Source: an uncultured Planctomycetota bacterium (GTDB lineage: Bacteria; Planctomycetota; Planctomycetia; Isosphaerales; Isosphaeraceae). From it: a stretch of 64,000 nucleotides of DNA. The notes under the pieces were generated by a model. It was not told the origin of the DNA. It made no database searches and was given only the letters and a program-made list of their open reading frames with translations. The stretch lies in NCBI GenBank assembly GCA_963737655.1, contig CAVTTN010000002.1, forward strand, positions 2,048,001 to 2,112,000. The letters run 5' to 3'. The translations under genes and the position numbers were made by a program. Each line of letters begins with the position of its first letter. Within the stretch, counting starts at the first letter, position 1. Positions 10,578 through 22,300 of the stretch are shown here, one piece after another.

Positions 10578-11197
10578 GGCCCCACCGGGCTGATGCGTCG
10601 GCCACGTCCTCGCTCTGGAGGTCATCCTTGGGCCGACTTCCCACCCGACGATTCACCCTGGCCGATGCCATGATCCTGATCGCGGCAATTGCGATCGGGG
10701 GGGCCGCATCGCGAGCCTTTCTCGTCTTCATCCATTCGGGGCGACCGGTCTTCGTGCCCGTCATGTCGTGGATCGACTGGGCCATCTGGACTTTGCCCGC
10801 GGCTTATCCCCCTCTGCTGGCCGTCGCCGTTGGGCTGATGATCTGTCGATTCAAGCGGCCTCGAACGACCTTCGCTCGGCTCCGTTCCGAGCCGGGTTCG
10901 CTGGCCTGCATCGCCTGGATCGGCGTCGCCACGATCCAGGGGGGCATGTTCGGTATCGCCTGTGGGCTGCATTCGGCCTTCCGCCTCAGGAGCGGTCAAA
11001 TACCCATGCTCCTATGGTTGCCGTACCGCCTGGGAAACGCGGGCGGCATCGCCGTCGCCGCGACCTGGATCGTCCTGGCCGCCACGAGGAGGTGGCGGCC
11101 CGACTCGTCCTGGATCGATCGGTCGGGCCGCCTCCTCGGCTCCCTCATGATCGCCCTCCTCGGAGTCGAAAATATGATTTTCTATATATCTCGATGA
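10574..11197 (+). CDS. Membrane protein, paralogue of 1-540
   Basis: [14 protein letters not shown] at the N-terminus and [18 protein letters not shown] at the C-terminus. Several TM helices; ATGA overlap with the methyltransferase. Confidence 0.75.
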   Translation: MRPHRADASATSSLWRSSLGRLPTRRFTLADAMILIAAIAIGGAASRAFLVFIHSGRPVFVPVMSWIDWAIWTLPAAYPPLLAVAVGLMICRFKRPRTTFARLRSEPGSLACIAWIGVATIQGGMFGIACGLHSAFRLRSGQIPMLLWLPYRLGNAGGIAVAATWIVLAATRRWRPDSSWIDRSGRLLGSLMIALLGVENMIFYISR

Positions 11198-11202
11198 TCC
11201 TC

Positions 11203-12636
11203 TCACGCGAGCAGCGCCTTGACCACCTTCCCGCCGTTGACCGTCAGCCGCTCGTCCCGGCCGTCTCTCGGGAAGGTAAGACGCTTGTGGTCGAGCCCCA
11301 TCAGGTGGAGGATCGTGGCGTGGAGGTCGTGGACGTGGACCGGGTCGTCGACGGCCCGGAGGCCGAATTCGTCGGTCGATCCGTGGGTGATCCCGCCCTT
11401 CACGCCCCCTCCGCCCAGGAACATGCTGAATCCGTAGGGGTTGTGGTCGCGGCCGTCGGTCCCCTCGTTCATCGGGGTCCGGCCGAACTCGCCGCCCCAG
11501 ATCGACCAGGGTCTGGTCGAGCATCCCGCGACGCTTCAGGTCGGCGATCAGGGCGGCGACGGGCTTGTCGCTCCGGGCGCAGAGCTTGCCGTGGTTGCCT
11601 TCGATGTCCCGGTGGGCGTCCCACTGGCTGCCCGAGCCGCAATAGAGCTGGACGAACCGAACGCCCCGCTCGACCAGTCGGCGGGCCCGGAGGCACATGG
11701 CGCCGAAGTCCTTGCATCTGGGGTCGTCCAGGCCGTAGAGCGCCTTGGTCTCGGCCGTCTCGGCGGAGAGGTCGACCGCCTCGGGCGCCGTCGATTGCAT
11801 CCGGTAGGCCAGCTCATAGGCGGCGATCCGCGCGGCCAGTCTGGTGTCGTCGGCCCGGGATTGGGCGTGATGGGCGGTCGAGGTCGGCGATCAGGTCGAG
11901 CTTGGTCCGTTGCTGGGTTTCGGAGACGGACTTCGGCGGGGCGAGGTGGAGGATCGGCGGTCCGTCCTTGCGGAACGGGGTGCCCTGGAACGTGGCCGGG
12001 AGCCAGGCGTTGCCCCAGTTCCTCGGCCCGCCGATCGGCTCGGCGGCGTCGCTCATCACGACGAACGCCGGCAAGTCCTGGTTCTCGGTCCCCAGGCCAT
12101 AAGTCACCCACGCCCCCAGGCTCGGCCGACCGGCGAGGATGCTGCCGGTGTTCATCTGGCAGACGCTGCCGACGTGGTTCACGCCGTCGGCCCAGCACGA
12201 GCGGACGAGGGCGATCTCGTCGGCCACCTTCGCGACGTGCGGATACCAGTCCGAGACCCAGAGGCCCGATTCGCCATGCTGGGCGAACTTCCGCCGAGTG
12301 GCCAGCAGCGTGTTGCCGCCCACGCCCATCGGCGTGAAGACCTTGCCGAAGCTCGGCGGCAGGGGCTGGCCGGCATGCTTCGTCAGCTCGGGCTTGGGGT
12401 CGAACAGGTCGATGTGGCTCGGCCCTCCCTCCATGAACAGGAAGATGCACGCACTTCGCCCTCGCCCCGAAGTGAGGGGGCCGAGGCGCCAGGGGACGCA
12501 GCGGGTCGATCTCGGGGACGTCGGCCCTCGCCTCGTCGGCGATCAAGGACGCCAGGGCGAGCGAGCCGAATCCCAGGCCGGCGCGGAGGAAGAATTCGCG
12601 GCGGGAGCGGGTCGGGAGCCGGTGGGGGATGCTCAT
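11203..12636 (-). CDS. DUF1501 (sulfatase-like) Tat-exported protein with three +1 frameshifts (probable sequencing errors or a pseudogene)
   Basis: Tat motif [43 protein letters not shown] and [15 protein letters not shown] are spread over different frames. Breaks near 12453, 11872 and 11504; removing 3 nt gives 476 aa. Confidence 0.85.
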
Positions 12637-12687
12637 GTCGCTCGTTCCTCTCGATCCTGACGGCCCGTCACCGGACCCTGAGCGTCG

Positions 12688-13068
12688 TCACCGGCCCTTC
12701 CCGGAGAATTCCGCGAGCATCCGGTCCAGGACATCCGTCGGCCGCCTGGCCGAGCGTTCCGCGGCCTCGAACAGGGACTTCAGGAGCGAGACGTGGGGGG
12801 TGTCGGGGACGCCCGCCCCGCGAGGCGCCTCGACGGCCCTCGCGATCTCGATCGACCGTCCCGTCTCGTCGGTCAGCATGGCTGCGTAGACGAAGCCCCC
12901 CTGGGGGTAGGAAGGAATCTCCTTCGAGATCCAGACCGAACCATAAGGCTTGCTCACCCGGTAGGAGTCATCGAGAAGAGTAGCTTCCCACCGGAGCTCG
13001 TTCCTCTCCGAGGCATCCCGGACTTCCTGGAGGAGACGAAGGAATTTGGGATCGATTTCCAAGGTCAT
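12688..13068 (-). CDS. Hypothetical protein (126 aa)
   Basis: Globular-looking ORF with lower GC. GGAG RBS and ATGA coupling to the upstream ORF. Confidence 0.7.
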   Translation of the reverse strand: MTLEIDPKFLRLLQEVRDASERNELRWEATLLDDSYRVSKPYGSVWISKEIPSYPQGGFVYAAMLTDETGRSIEIARAVEAPRGAGVPDTPHVSLLKSLFEAAERSARRPTDVLDRMLAEFSGKGR

Positions 13069-13556
13069 GGCTCCATGGATCGGGAGAGGATTCGACCTCG
13101 GATCTGCGCCGGATTCTGCTGGAAATCGGCCACTCGCTTCATCAATCGACCGAGCTGCCGGGTCGGTTCCTGGCCCTCGGGGAGGTCACCGACCTTGGAG
13201 AGGATCTCGGAGAGGTCCCCGATCTCCGATCGCTCCGAGTCCGAGGGTCCGGCGCCCCCGAGCAGGGCGAGCAGCCGGTGTTTGGCATCGCTCGCCCGGT
13301 ATCGAACCCTCGACCAACGCCGGGCGGAGCCGTCGGATTCGAGCTCGCGGAGAACCTGGAGGACGGTCATGATGTCGTCGGTGGTCATGCGGGCCCGCGC
13401 CTCGGCGACCGCCTGCCTCGCCGCTTCCCTCGCCTCCTCGGCCGCCCGCTCTGCCCGTCTCACGTCGCGGATCGTGAGCCGAAAGCCGACGATCGCGATG
13501 ATCAGCCCGACGACACTCTCGATGTTCCCGTAGTGCTGGGCGAGAAATGACGTCAC
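13065..13556 (-). CDS. Hypothetical protein with N-terminal TM helix and coiled coil
   Basis: SVVGLIIAIVGF hydrophobic stretch followed by RAERAAEEAREAARQA. Start uncertain (GTG 13556 or TTG 13565). Confidence 0.65.
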   Translation of the reverse strand: MTSFLAQHYGNIESVVGLIIAIVGFRLTIRDVRRAERAAEEAREAARQAVAEARARMTTDDIMTVLQVLRELESDGSARRWSRVRYRASDAKHRLLALLGGAGPSDSERSEIGDLSEILSKVGDLPEGQEPTRQLGRLMKRVADFQQNPAQIRGRILSRSMEP

Positions 13557-13608
13557 CAGTCGCAACCCCAGATTTTACGAGAACGGACCCGACGTGACAA
13601 TCTCCCGA

Positions 13609-15771
13609 TCAATCCACAAACACAAATTCATTCAGATTGATCAGCGCATGGCAGAAGTCGGTCAGGGCCTCGGGGTTGTCGGATCGGTTGGCGACGAGGA
13701 ACAGGACGGCGCGGTCTTTTTCCTTCTGGTCGGGCGGTCGGCCCAGCGCGAGGCGGAAGGCCCGTTCGACCCGGGCGGGCGGGTCGTCGTGGCCGATGTC
13801 CTGGCGGATTCGGTCGGCCAGCCCCCTGGCGGCGTCGAGGACGAGGTCGGAATTCAGGAGCATGAGCGCCTGGGGGGCGTTGACCGAGACGTTCCTCTCG
13901 GGGCAGGTCACGTTGGGGTCGGGGGCGTCGAAGGCGTCGAACAAGGGGTATTTGAGGTTCCGGCGGGCGAAGACGTAGAGGCTCCGGCGGTTGCGGTCGC
14001 CGGCCTTCTCCGATCGGGTCCAGCCGCCTCGGGTCTGGACGCCCGGCGGCAGGTCGGGGAAGACGCCGGGGCCTCCTCGCTCGGGGTTCAGGCGACCGGC
14101 CACGAGGAGCATCGCGTCCCGGACCGCCTCGCCTTCCAGCCTTTTTCGGGCCATCCGGCCGAAGAGGAGGTTGTCGGGGTCGTCTTCGAGGGCCTTCGCC
14201 GACCCTCGGCACGATTGCCGGTAGGCCGACGACGTGACCATCAGCCGATGCATCGCCTTGAGGCTCCAGCCTCGGGCGAGGAACTCGGAGGCGAGCCAGT
14301 CGAGCAATTCGGGGTTCGAGGGCCGGGCGCCCTGGGTGCCGAAGTCGCTGGGCGTGGCCACGATCCCCCGGCCGAAATGCCCCTGCCAGAGCCGGTTGAC
14401 CATCACCCGGGCCGTCAACGGGTTCTCGGGGCGGGTCAGCCAGTCGGCCAGGGCGGCCCGGCGGCCGGTCGTCCTCTCGGAAAGCGCGGAGTGCGGAGTG
14501 CGGAGTGCGGAGGTGGAAGAGGAGAAGATCGAGGGGACGCCGGGCGAGACTTCCTCCCCGGGCTGGTTCATGTTCCCCTTGCGGAGGAGGAACACCGGCG
14601 GGGCGTTGGGGCCGGTGTCGGTCATCCCGCTGGCCTGGGGCAGGGGGGAGGGCGCGGAGGCGACCAGGCGTTTCATCGCCTCGACCCGCGATTCCCACGC
14701 CTTCCGCTCGCCCGGGGGCAAGGCCGCCTTCATGGCCTTGGGATCGACGGCCATCAGCTTCGCGTTCCTGGCCAGGAGCTCTTCCTGGAATGCCGAGCGC
14801 TCTTCGGGGGCGGTCTCGAACGCCTTGCGGACCTCGGGCGGGAGCTTGGCCAGCCGGTCCTTCAGCAAACCGGGCAGGAACGGCCTCTCGACGGCCTCGA
14901 CGGACCGTTTCGCGCGATCGACGGCCTCGGTGTGCGTCTCCTCCACGAACCGATGGACGGCCGCCTCGAACGGTTCGGAGAGCGGCCTGGCGTCCTCCGG
15001 GGCGCTGGCGGCGAACACGGCCTGGAAGCGGTAGTAGTCCTTTTGCGAGATCGGGTCGAACTTGTGGTCGTGGCAGCGGGCGCAGCCGACGGTCAGGCCC
15101 AGGAACACGCCGGCCGTGGTGTCGGTCATGTCCTCCAGCATGAGCTGGCGGTTCTGGCCGGGGATCTTGTTGTTGTCCTCGAACGGCCAGTTGCGGTTGA
15201 ACCCGGTGGCGATGAAGGCCGAGGGGTCGGCCGGGGCGAGTTCGTCCCCGGCGATCTGGAGGCGGACGAACCGGTCATAGGGCATGTCGGCGTTCAGGGC
15301 CTCGACGACCCAGTCGCGATACCGCCAGGCGTTGGGCCGGGTCAGGTCGGACTTGAACCCGTCGCTCTCGGAGAACCTCGCCAGGTCGAGCCAGGGCCGG
15401 GCCCACCTCTCGCCGTACTCGGGCGAGGCCAGCAGGCGATCGACGAGCTTCTCATACGCCTGGGGCGACGTGTCGGCGAGGAAGGCGTCGACTTCCTCCG
15501 GGCGGGGCGGGAGGCCGGTCAGGTCGAACCGGAGGCGACGGATCAGGGTCGTCCGGTCGGCCTCGGGCGCCGGTTCGATCTCCGAGGCGATCAGGTCGCG
15601 GAGCAGGAACAGGTCGATCGGGTTGCGGGCCCAGCCGGCTCGGGCCGGGGCGGGGGGATCGACGTGCCTCGGCGGGACGAACGCCCAGTGAGTCTCCGGC
15701 GAAGGGGAATCGGCCGGGGCCGGGGACGCCAGGGCCGCCGAGATCCATGCCGCGACGAAGAGTCCCCTCAT
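13609..15771 (-). CDS. DUF1549/DUF1553 (PSD1/PSD2) planctomycete protein
   Basis: HWAF, NPID.F, LIRRLRFDLTGLPP, YGERWAR.WLDLAR, CARCHDHKFDPI, NPLTARVMVNRLWQ, RRSLY and ALINLNEF motifs. Signal peptide and GGAGG RBS. Confidence 0.92.
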   Translation of the reverse strand: MRGLFVAAWISAALASPAPADSPSPETHWAFVPPRHVDPPAPARAGWARNPIDLFLLRDLIASEIEPAPEADRTTLIRRLRFDLTGLPPRPEEVDAFLADTSPQAYEKLVDRLLASPEYGERWARPWLDLARFSESDGFKSDLTRPNAWRYRDWVVEALNADMPYDRFVRLQIAGDELAPADPSAFIATGFNRNWPFEDNNKIPGQNRQLMLEDMTDTTAGVFLGLTVGCARCHDHKFDPISQKDYYRFQAVFAASAPEDARPLSEPFEAAVHRFVEETHTEAVDRAKRSVEAVERPFLPGLLKDRLAKLPPEVRKAFETAPEERSAFQEELLARNAKLMAVDPKAMKAALPPGERKAWESRVEAMKRLVASAPSPLPQASGMTDTGPNAPPVFLLRKGNMNQPGEEVSPGVPSIFSSSTSALRTPHSALSERTTGRRAALADWLTRPENPLTARVMVNRLWQGHFGRGIVATPSDFGTQGARPSNPELLDWLASEFLARGWSLKAMHRLMVTSSAYRQSCRGSAKALEDDPDNLLFGRMARKRLEGEAVRDAMLLVAGRLNPERGGPGVFPDLPPGVQTRGGWTRSEKAGDRNRRSLYVFARRNLKYPLFDAFDAPDPNVTCPERNVSVNAPQALMLLNSDLVLDAARGLADRIRQDIGHDDPPARVERAFRLALGRPPDQKEKDRAVLFLVANRSDNPEALTDFCHALINLNEFVFVD
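14486..14512. repeat. Heptamer tandem repeat (GCGGAGT x ~3.9) inside the CDS
   Basis: GCGGAGT GCGGAGT GCGGAGT GCGGAG; reads SALRTPHSA in the host protein. Confidence 0.75.
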
Positions 15772-16002
15772 GAGGTCCGCCTCCCTCAAGCCCGAGGTCC
15801 GTGGCCGCCCGCCCGACGGCTTCCATCATAATTGGTCGGCCCTCGCGATGCACGGCGTCCCTGAGAACCGCGGACAAAACGGGGACAGGCTCCGAGGCCT
15901 TCCGGGGTGCCGGTGTCCTTTTGTTCGACACTCCAAACGGGGACGGCCCGGGGTCGCGAGGACCTCCGGGCCGTCCGGGGCGACTGCGGCGGGGGATCGG
16001 CG

Positions 16003-17082
<1,080 letters not shown>

Positions 17083-17283
17083 CGTCCGACTCCTTCGACT
17101 CGCGTTCCCTGGCCCGGCCCAACCTGGTCCGATCGGCCTTGGAGATGACGACCCCGGCGATCTCGACCGCCCGGAGCACTCGCATCTTGTTAAACTTGAT
17201 CGGAAGAGTCAAGATGAGACTTGATCGAATTGGTCGAGAAACTTGCGATGGTTTCGGTGCGCCCGGGAGGGGCAGGGATGCGA

Positions 17284-17327
17284 GACGCCCCCGGCGACGG
17301 TCCGTGAGGGCCGCCGCCGGGGGCGTC
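17284..17327. terminator. GC-rich hairpin between the two DUF1559 genes
   Basis: GACGCCCCCGGCG (17284-17296) pairs with CGCCGGGGGCGTC (17315-17327). No clear U tract. Confidence 0.4.
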
Positions 17328-17370
17328 GAGGGTCGCACAGGAGGGCCGCCGCAGGGGCGGCCCGGCGGGA

Positions 17371-18473
17371 TCAATAGTCGCCGCTGGAGATGACCTCGGA
17401 GCCGGCGAGGGTCACGAGCTTGCGGAGGACGACGACGTTGGTGCTGTCCTTGAGGAAGGCCACCGAGCCGTCGCCTCGCAGGATGTTGGCCCCGGCCGGG
17501 TGGTAGGAGAAGATCTCGTCGTTGCCCCCGGCGTTGTTGCCGGCGACGTTCAGGCCGTTCTGGTCGGTGCAGGCGGTGTAGGCGTTCGGGCAGTACATCG
17601 GGCGATACTTGTTGTTGATCGACCCGGAGACGCCGAACGAGCTATCGGCCTCGCCCCATCGCCAGTAGCGGCGCTGGCCCTGGGGATAGCCGTACGGGTC
17701 GAAGGTCGGGCGGGTGTTCGTGCCGTCGTAGTAGGCCTCGGTGTAGGGGCTGAGGTAGCGGGCGTCTCGGCCGGCGTCCTCGGCGATGGCGATGGTGTTG
17801 GAGAGGCCGTCGACGCACTCGGCCAGGCGGGTCATCCTCTGCTTGAGGAGGCCGTCGGCCCGGGAGAGCTTGTTGCGATACGGGGTGATGATGCTGGAGC
17901 CGGTCCCGCCGCCGTTGCCCAGGGGGTCGATGTCGGTGTAGCAGGTCGGGCCGTAGTCCTGGACGCCGTAGCCGATCGCCTCGAACCCCTGGGCGTTCGG
18001 GTCGCCGCCGGTCGTGTCGCGCCCGCCGTTGGGCGAGCGGATGGAGCTGGGGCAGATGAAGCTGCTGATGATCGAGCTATAGGCGGTGATGTTGGAGCCG
18101 CCCAGGCTGTTGTACTCGAGCGAGAAGTTGATCGAGTTGTAGATGTTCCCGCCCTCGATGTACTGGAGGAGGCGGGGGAAGACGGCCACGCCGTCGACGA
18201 ACTGGGTCGTCGCCGGGCTGTTGTTGAAGTTGGTCGACTCGCCGGAGGGCGGGAAGCAGCCGTTGGAGCTCTCGTAGTTGTGGAGCGCCAGGCCCATCTG
18301 CTTCATGTTGTTGGTGCACTGGGCCCGGCGGGCGGCCTCGCGGGCCGCCTGGACGGCCGGCAGGAGGAGCGCGATCAGCACCCCGATGATGGCAATGACG
18401 ACCAGGAGCTCGAATCAGAGTGAACCCCGCGCGGGGTGCGGCGACTGCGCGTCGCGGCGACGGACTTGGGCAT
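17371..18473 (-). CDS. DUF1559 protein with two +1 frameshifts in the prepilin leader
   Basis: Removing one base from the run at 18425-18428 and one at 18413-18414 restores [29 protein letters not shown] (366 aa). C-terminal [14 protein letters not shown] motif. Confidence 0.88.
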
Positions 18474-18543
18474 CGGCGTCGAACCTTTCTCGATGGCTGG
18501 GGCGAAGGTGGCGAATTCCGGACCAAGGCGGGGGGGTAAACGA

Positions 18544-19083
18544 TCAATCCCGACGACCGCCGGAATTGGCGTTCTTCGGGATCGGCGCGAGCTTGAACGG
18601 GGGCAGGTCGTTGGTGCCCGACTTGACGGTGATCTTCAGATGCGACCCGTCTTCGTCGGAGTATTCGGGGGGGACGGCCGACTTGGTCATCCCGGGCCGG
18701 GCGCCCGGCACCTGGGCGCCGGACTCGATGCGGATCTTGTACTCGCCCTCGGGCAGGCCGTCGCCCAGGGCAGGAACCTGCATCGCGAAGGAGCCGTCGG
18801 ACTCGATCTTGCCGGTGCCGGTCCAGCCGGGCTTGTCCGGCGGAGTCACGGCGATGGCCGTCACGGTCCCCTCGGTCAGGGGCTTGCCATCGGCCAGGAG
18901 GACCTTGCCCTTGACGGGATAGACCGGGGCCTTCTGCGCCTGGGGGATCGGCGTCTCGCCGGGGCCGCAACCGACGAAGGAGGCCGCGATCAGCAAGGAG
19001 GCGATCGCCCCGAGAGTCGGGCGGGATGCCGGGACGGTGGGCCTCCCGGGCGGGGTTGCGGTTCGGGTCGCGGTTCGTGGCAT
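18544..19083 (-). CDS. Lipoprotein, carboxypeptidase-regulatory-like fold; typical DUF1559 partner
   Basis: Lipobox FVGC, PVKGKV..DGKPL, G.I..DGSF, GLPEGEYKI and VPPEY motifs. Confidence 0.8.
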   Translation of the reverse strand: MPRTATRTATPPGRPTVPASRPTLGAIASLLIAASFVGCGPGETPIPQAQKAPVYPVKGKVLLADGKPLTEGTVTAIAVTPPDKPGWTGTGKIESDGSFAMQVPALGDGLPEGEYKIRIESGAQVPGARPGMTKSAVPPEYSDEDGSHLKITVKSGTNDLPPFKLAPIPKNANSGGRRD

Positions 19084-19350
19084 CGGGAGGTGTCGCTCGA
19101 AGCTGTGGGTACCCACTCTACTCAGGAGAGAGGGGCCGGACCGGCCTACCGGGTCTCACCGTCGAGACGGCGGGCCGATTCAGGACGAAAATCGCGCGGA
19201 TCGATCGGAGGGGGGATTCCCTTTCGAGCACGACTCCTGGACGAGTCGCGCGGACGAATCATAGGCGGGAATCGTGAAGGTTTGATGTCGAGACGGAGAT
19301 TTGCCGATGAAATCCGTGATGATTGATTGGATGGGCGGTCGGACGCCCGA

Positions 19351-22300
19351 TCAATCCTCCTCGGGCTCGACGGCCTCCTCGCCGAAGGCCGGGATCGAGA
19401 CCGGCTCGGCCGGGGGCCGGGCTTGCGGGCGGGGCGCCGAGCCGTTCTGGCCCCGGAGCCGGACGTTGCCCGAGCCCACCACGCTCTCCAGGTCGGCCAT
19501 GAGCTTGTCGTCGTAGCGGACCTTGAGCGACGAACCCGCCTTGTAAACCGCCCGGCGGACGTCCTCCAACCCGATCAGCTCGAGGAAGACGTCGAGGCCG
19601 CCGGGCGAATGGTTGCGGACGTGGCGGCTGAGCCTCTCCAGGTCGTCCCGGCCCATCGCCCCCTTGCGGAGGGTCACGATCACCCCCTTGGCCAGCTCGG
19701 CCGCCGCGGCTTCGAGCGGGATCACCCGCTGGATGATGACCTCGGCCGGGTCGCGCTGGCGGCTGATGGTCCCCTTCACGAAGACGATCGCGTCGTCCTT
19801 GAGCAGAGGCTCGTTCTTGGCGAGCTCCTCGGGCCAGAGCATGGCCGGCGTCGAGCCCGAGAGGTCCTCGATCGCCAGCTTGGCCATCCGGGTCAGGCCG
19901 GAGCGGTTGGGCTTGACGGTCCTCACGGTGAAGCCGGCGACCATCCCCCCGAGGAGGACCTCGGCGCGGTCGTTCAGCTCGGCGAGGTCGGCGACCTGGT
20001 GGGACCGGAAGGCGGCGAGGGTGGGGGCGTGCCGGGCCAGGGGATGGCTGGACATGTAGAATCCCAGGGCCTTCTTCTCCTCGGCGAGCATCTCGGCGTC
20101 GGGCAGGTCGGGGACGTCGGGCAGGCTGAGCGCGGCGGCCTCGGGGGCGGACCCCTCGGCGTCGTCGAACAGGCCGCGCTGGCCCCTCTTGCGGTCCTCC
20201 TGCCTGGCCTGGCCGGACTGGACGGCCCGGGGCAGGATCGCCAGGAGCTGGCCCCGGATCTTCGCCGGGCGGGTGCCCATGAGGTCGAACGCCCCGGCCT
20301 TGATCAGCGTCTCGACGCAGCCCTGGCCCACGACCGACGCCGGGACGCGCTCGAACAGGTCATCCAGCCCGAGGAACGGCCCGCCGGCCTCCCGGGCGCG
20401 GATCAGGGTCTCCACCGCCTTGGTCCCGACCCCCTTGATCGCCCCCAGGCCGAACAGGATCTGGCCTTCCCGGGCCACCCGGAACTCCAGGCCCGAGCGG
20501 TTCACGTCCGGCGGCAGGACCTCGATCCCCATCCTCTTGCAATCGTCGATGTGCTCGTAGAAGAACTTGTCGCGCTCGGCGCCGTCCATCTCCGAAGAGA
20601 GGATCGCCGCCATGAATTCGGTCGGGAAGTGGGCCTTCAAGTAGGCGGTCTGGAACGTGACGAGGGCGTAGGCCGTCGAGTGCGACTTGTTGAACCCGTA
20701 GCCGCCGAACTCCTCGATCAGGGCGAAGATCTTCGAGGCCCGGTCCTTCTCCAGCCCCCGGGAGACGGCCCCTTCGAGGAACTGGTTGCGCCCCTGGGCG
20801 ATGATCTCCGTCTTCTTCTTCGAGATCGCCTTGATGCATCCATACGCCTGGGACAGCTCGATGCCTCCCAGGCGGTTGAGGATGCGCATGACCTGCTCCT
20901 GGTAGACCATCACCCCGTAGGTCTCTTCCAGGACTTCCTTGAGGACCGCGTGGGGGTACTCGGCGTCCTTCCTCTTGTTCTTCACGTTGACGTATTCGTC
21001 CACCATCCCGCCGTTCAGGGGGCCGGGCCGGTACAGGGCGCTGGTGGCGATGATGTCGGCGAAGCGGTCGGGCTTCATCTTCACGAGGAGGTCGCGGATG
21101 CCCGCCGATTCGAACTGGAAGACGCCCTTGGTCTCGCCCCGTTGAAGGAGGGCGAAGGTCTCGGGGTCGTCCAGGGGCAGCGCGTTGAGGTCGATCGGCG
21201 CCTCGGGGTGCCTCGCGTTCACGAGGCGGACGATGGCCTCCAGGCTGGAGAGGTTCCTCAGCCCGAGGAAGTCCATCTTGAGCAGCCCGGCCTTCTCGAC
21301 GTCCCCCATCGGCCACTGGGTCGAGACGACTTCCTTGTCCTTGTCCTTGTTCGGCAGCTTCTGGAGCGGGACGAGCTCCTCCAGGGGGCGATCGGCGATC
21401 ACCACGCCGGCGGCGTGGGTCGAGACGTTCCGGGCGAGCCCTTCGAGCTTCATCGCGTAGTCGAGGAGGCGGGCGATCTCCGGGTCCTCGTCGCGGAGCC
21501 TCTTCAGCGCCGGTTCCTGGATCAGCGCCTGCTCGATGGTGATGTGAAGCGGGATGCTGGGGATCAGCTTCGTCACGCCATCGACGCGGGGCAGGGGGAG
21601 GTTCATCGCCCGCCCGACGTCCTTCACGGCCGCCTTGGCGCCCAGGGTCAAAAACGTGCCGATCTGGGCCACGTTCGCCGCCCCGTACTTCTTGCGGACG
21701 TACTCGATGACCTCGTACCGCCGGTCCTGTTCGATGTCGATATCAATATCCGGCGCCTCCGAGCGGTTCGGGTCGAGGAACCGCTCGAAGAGGAGGTCAT
21801 AGTGGATCGGGCAGACGTGGCTCAAATAGAGCAAATAGCTGACGATCGCCCCGCAGGCCGACCCTCTGGCGCTGCTGGCGATCCCGTTCTCCCGGGCGAA
21901 CCGGACGAAGTCCCAGACGATCAGGAAGTACGACGCGAAGCCCATCCGGTTGATGATGCCGAGCTCGTGCTCCAGGCGGGCGCGGGCCTCCGGAGGCTCG
22001 GGGGAGCCGTACCGGACCTTCATCCCGGCCTCGCAGAGCTCGCGGAGGAACGCCTCGGGCGTTTTTTCCTCGGGGGGCTTGAACGAGGGGAATTGCCTCT
22101 TGCCGAACCCCAGGCTCTTGTAATGCTCCTCCACCGACTCGGCGATCCGGGCCGATTGCTTCAGAGCCTCCTCTCGGCCGGGCATCGCGGCGTACATCTC
22201 GTCGGGCGAGCGGACGAAGAACTCCTTGGTCTCGAACTTCATCCGCTTGGGGTCGTCGAGCGTCTTGCCCATGTTCACGCAGAGCAAGACGTCGTGGGCC

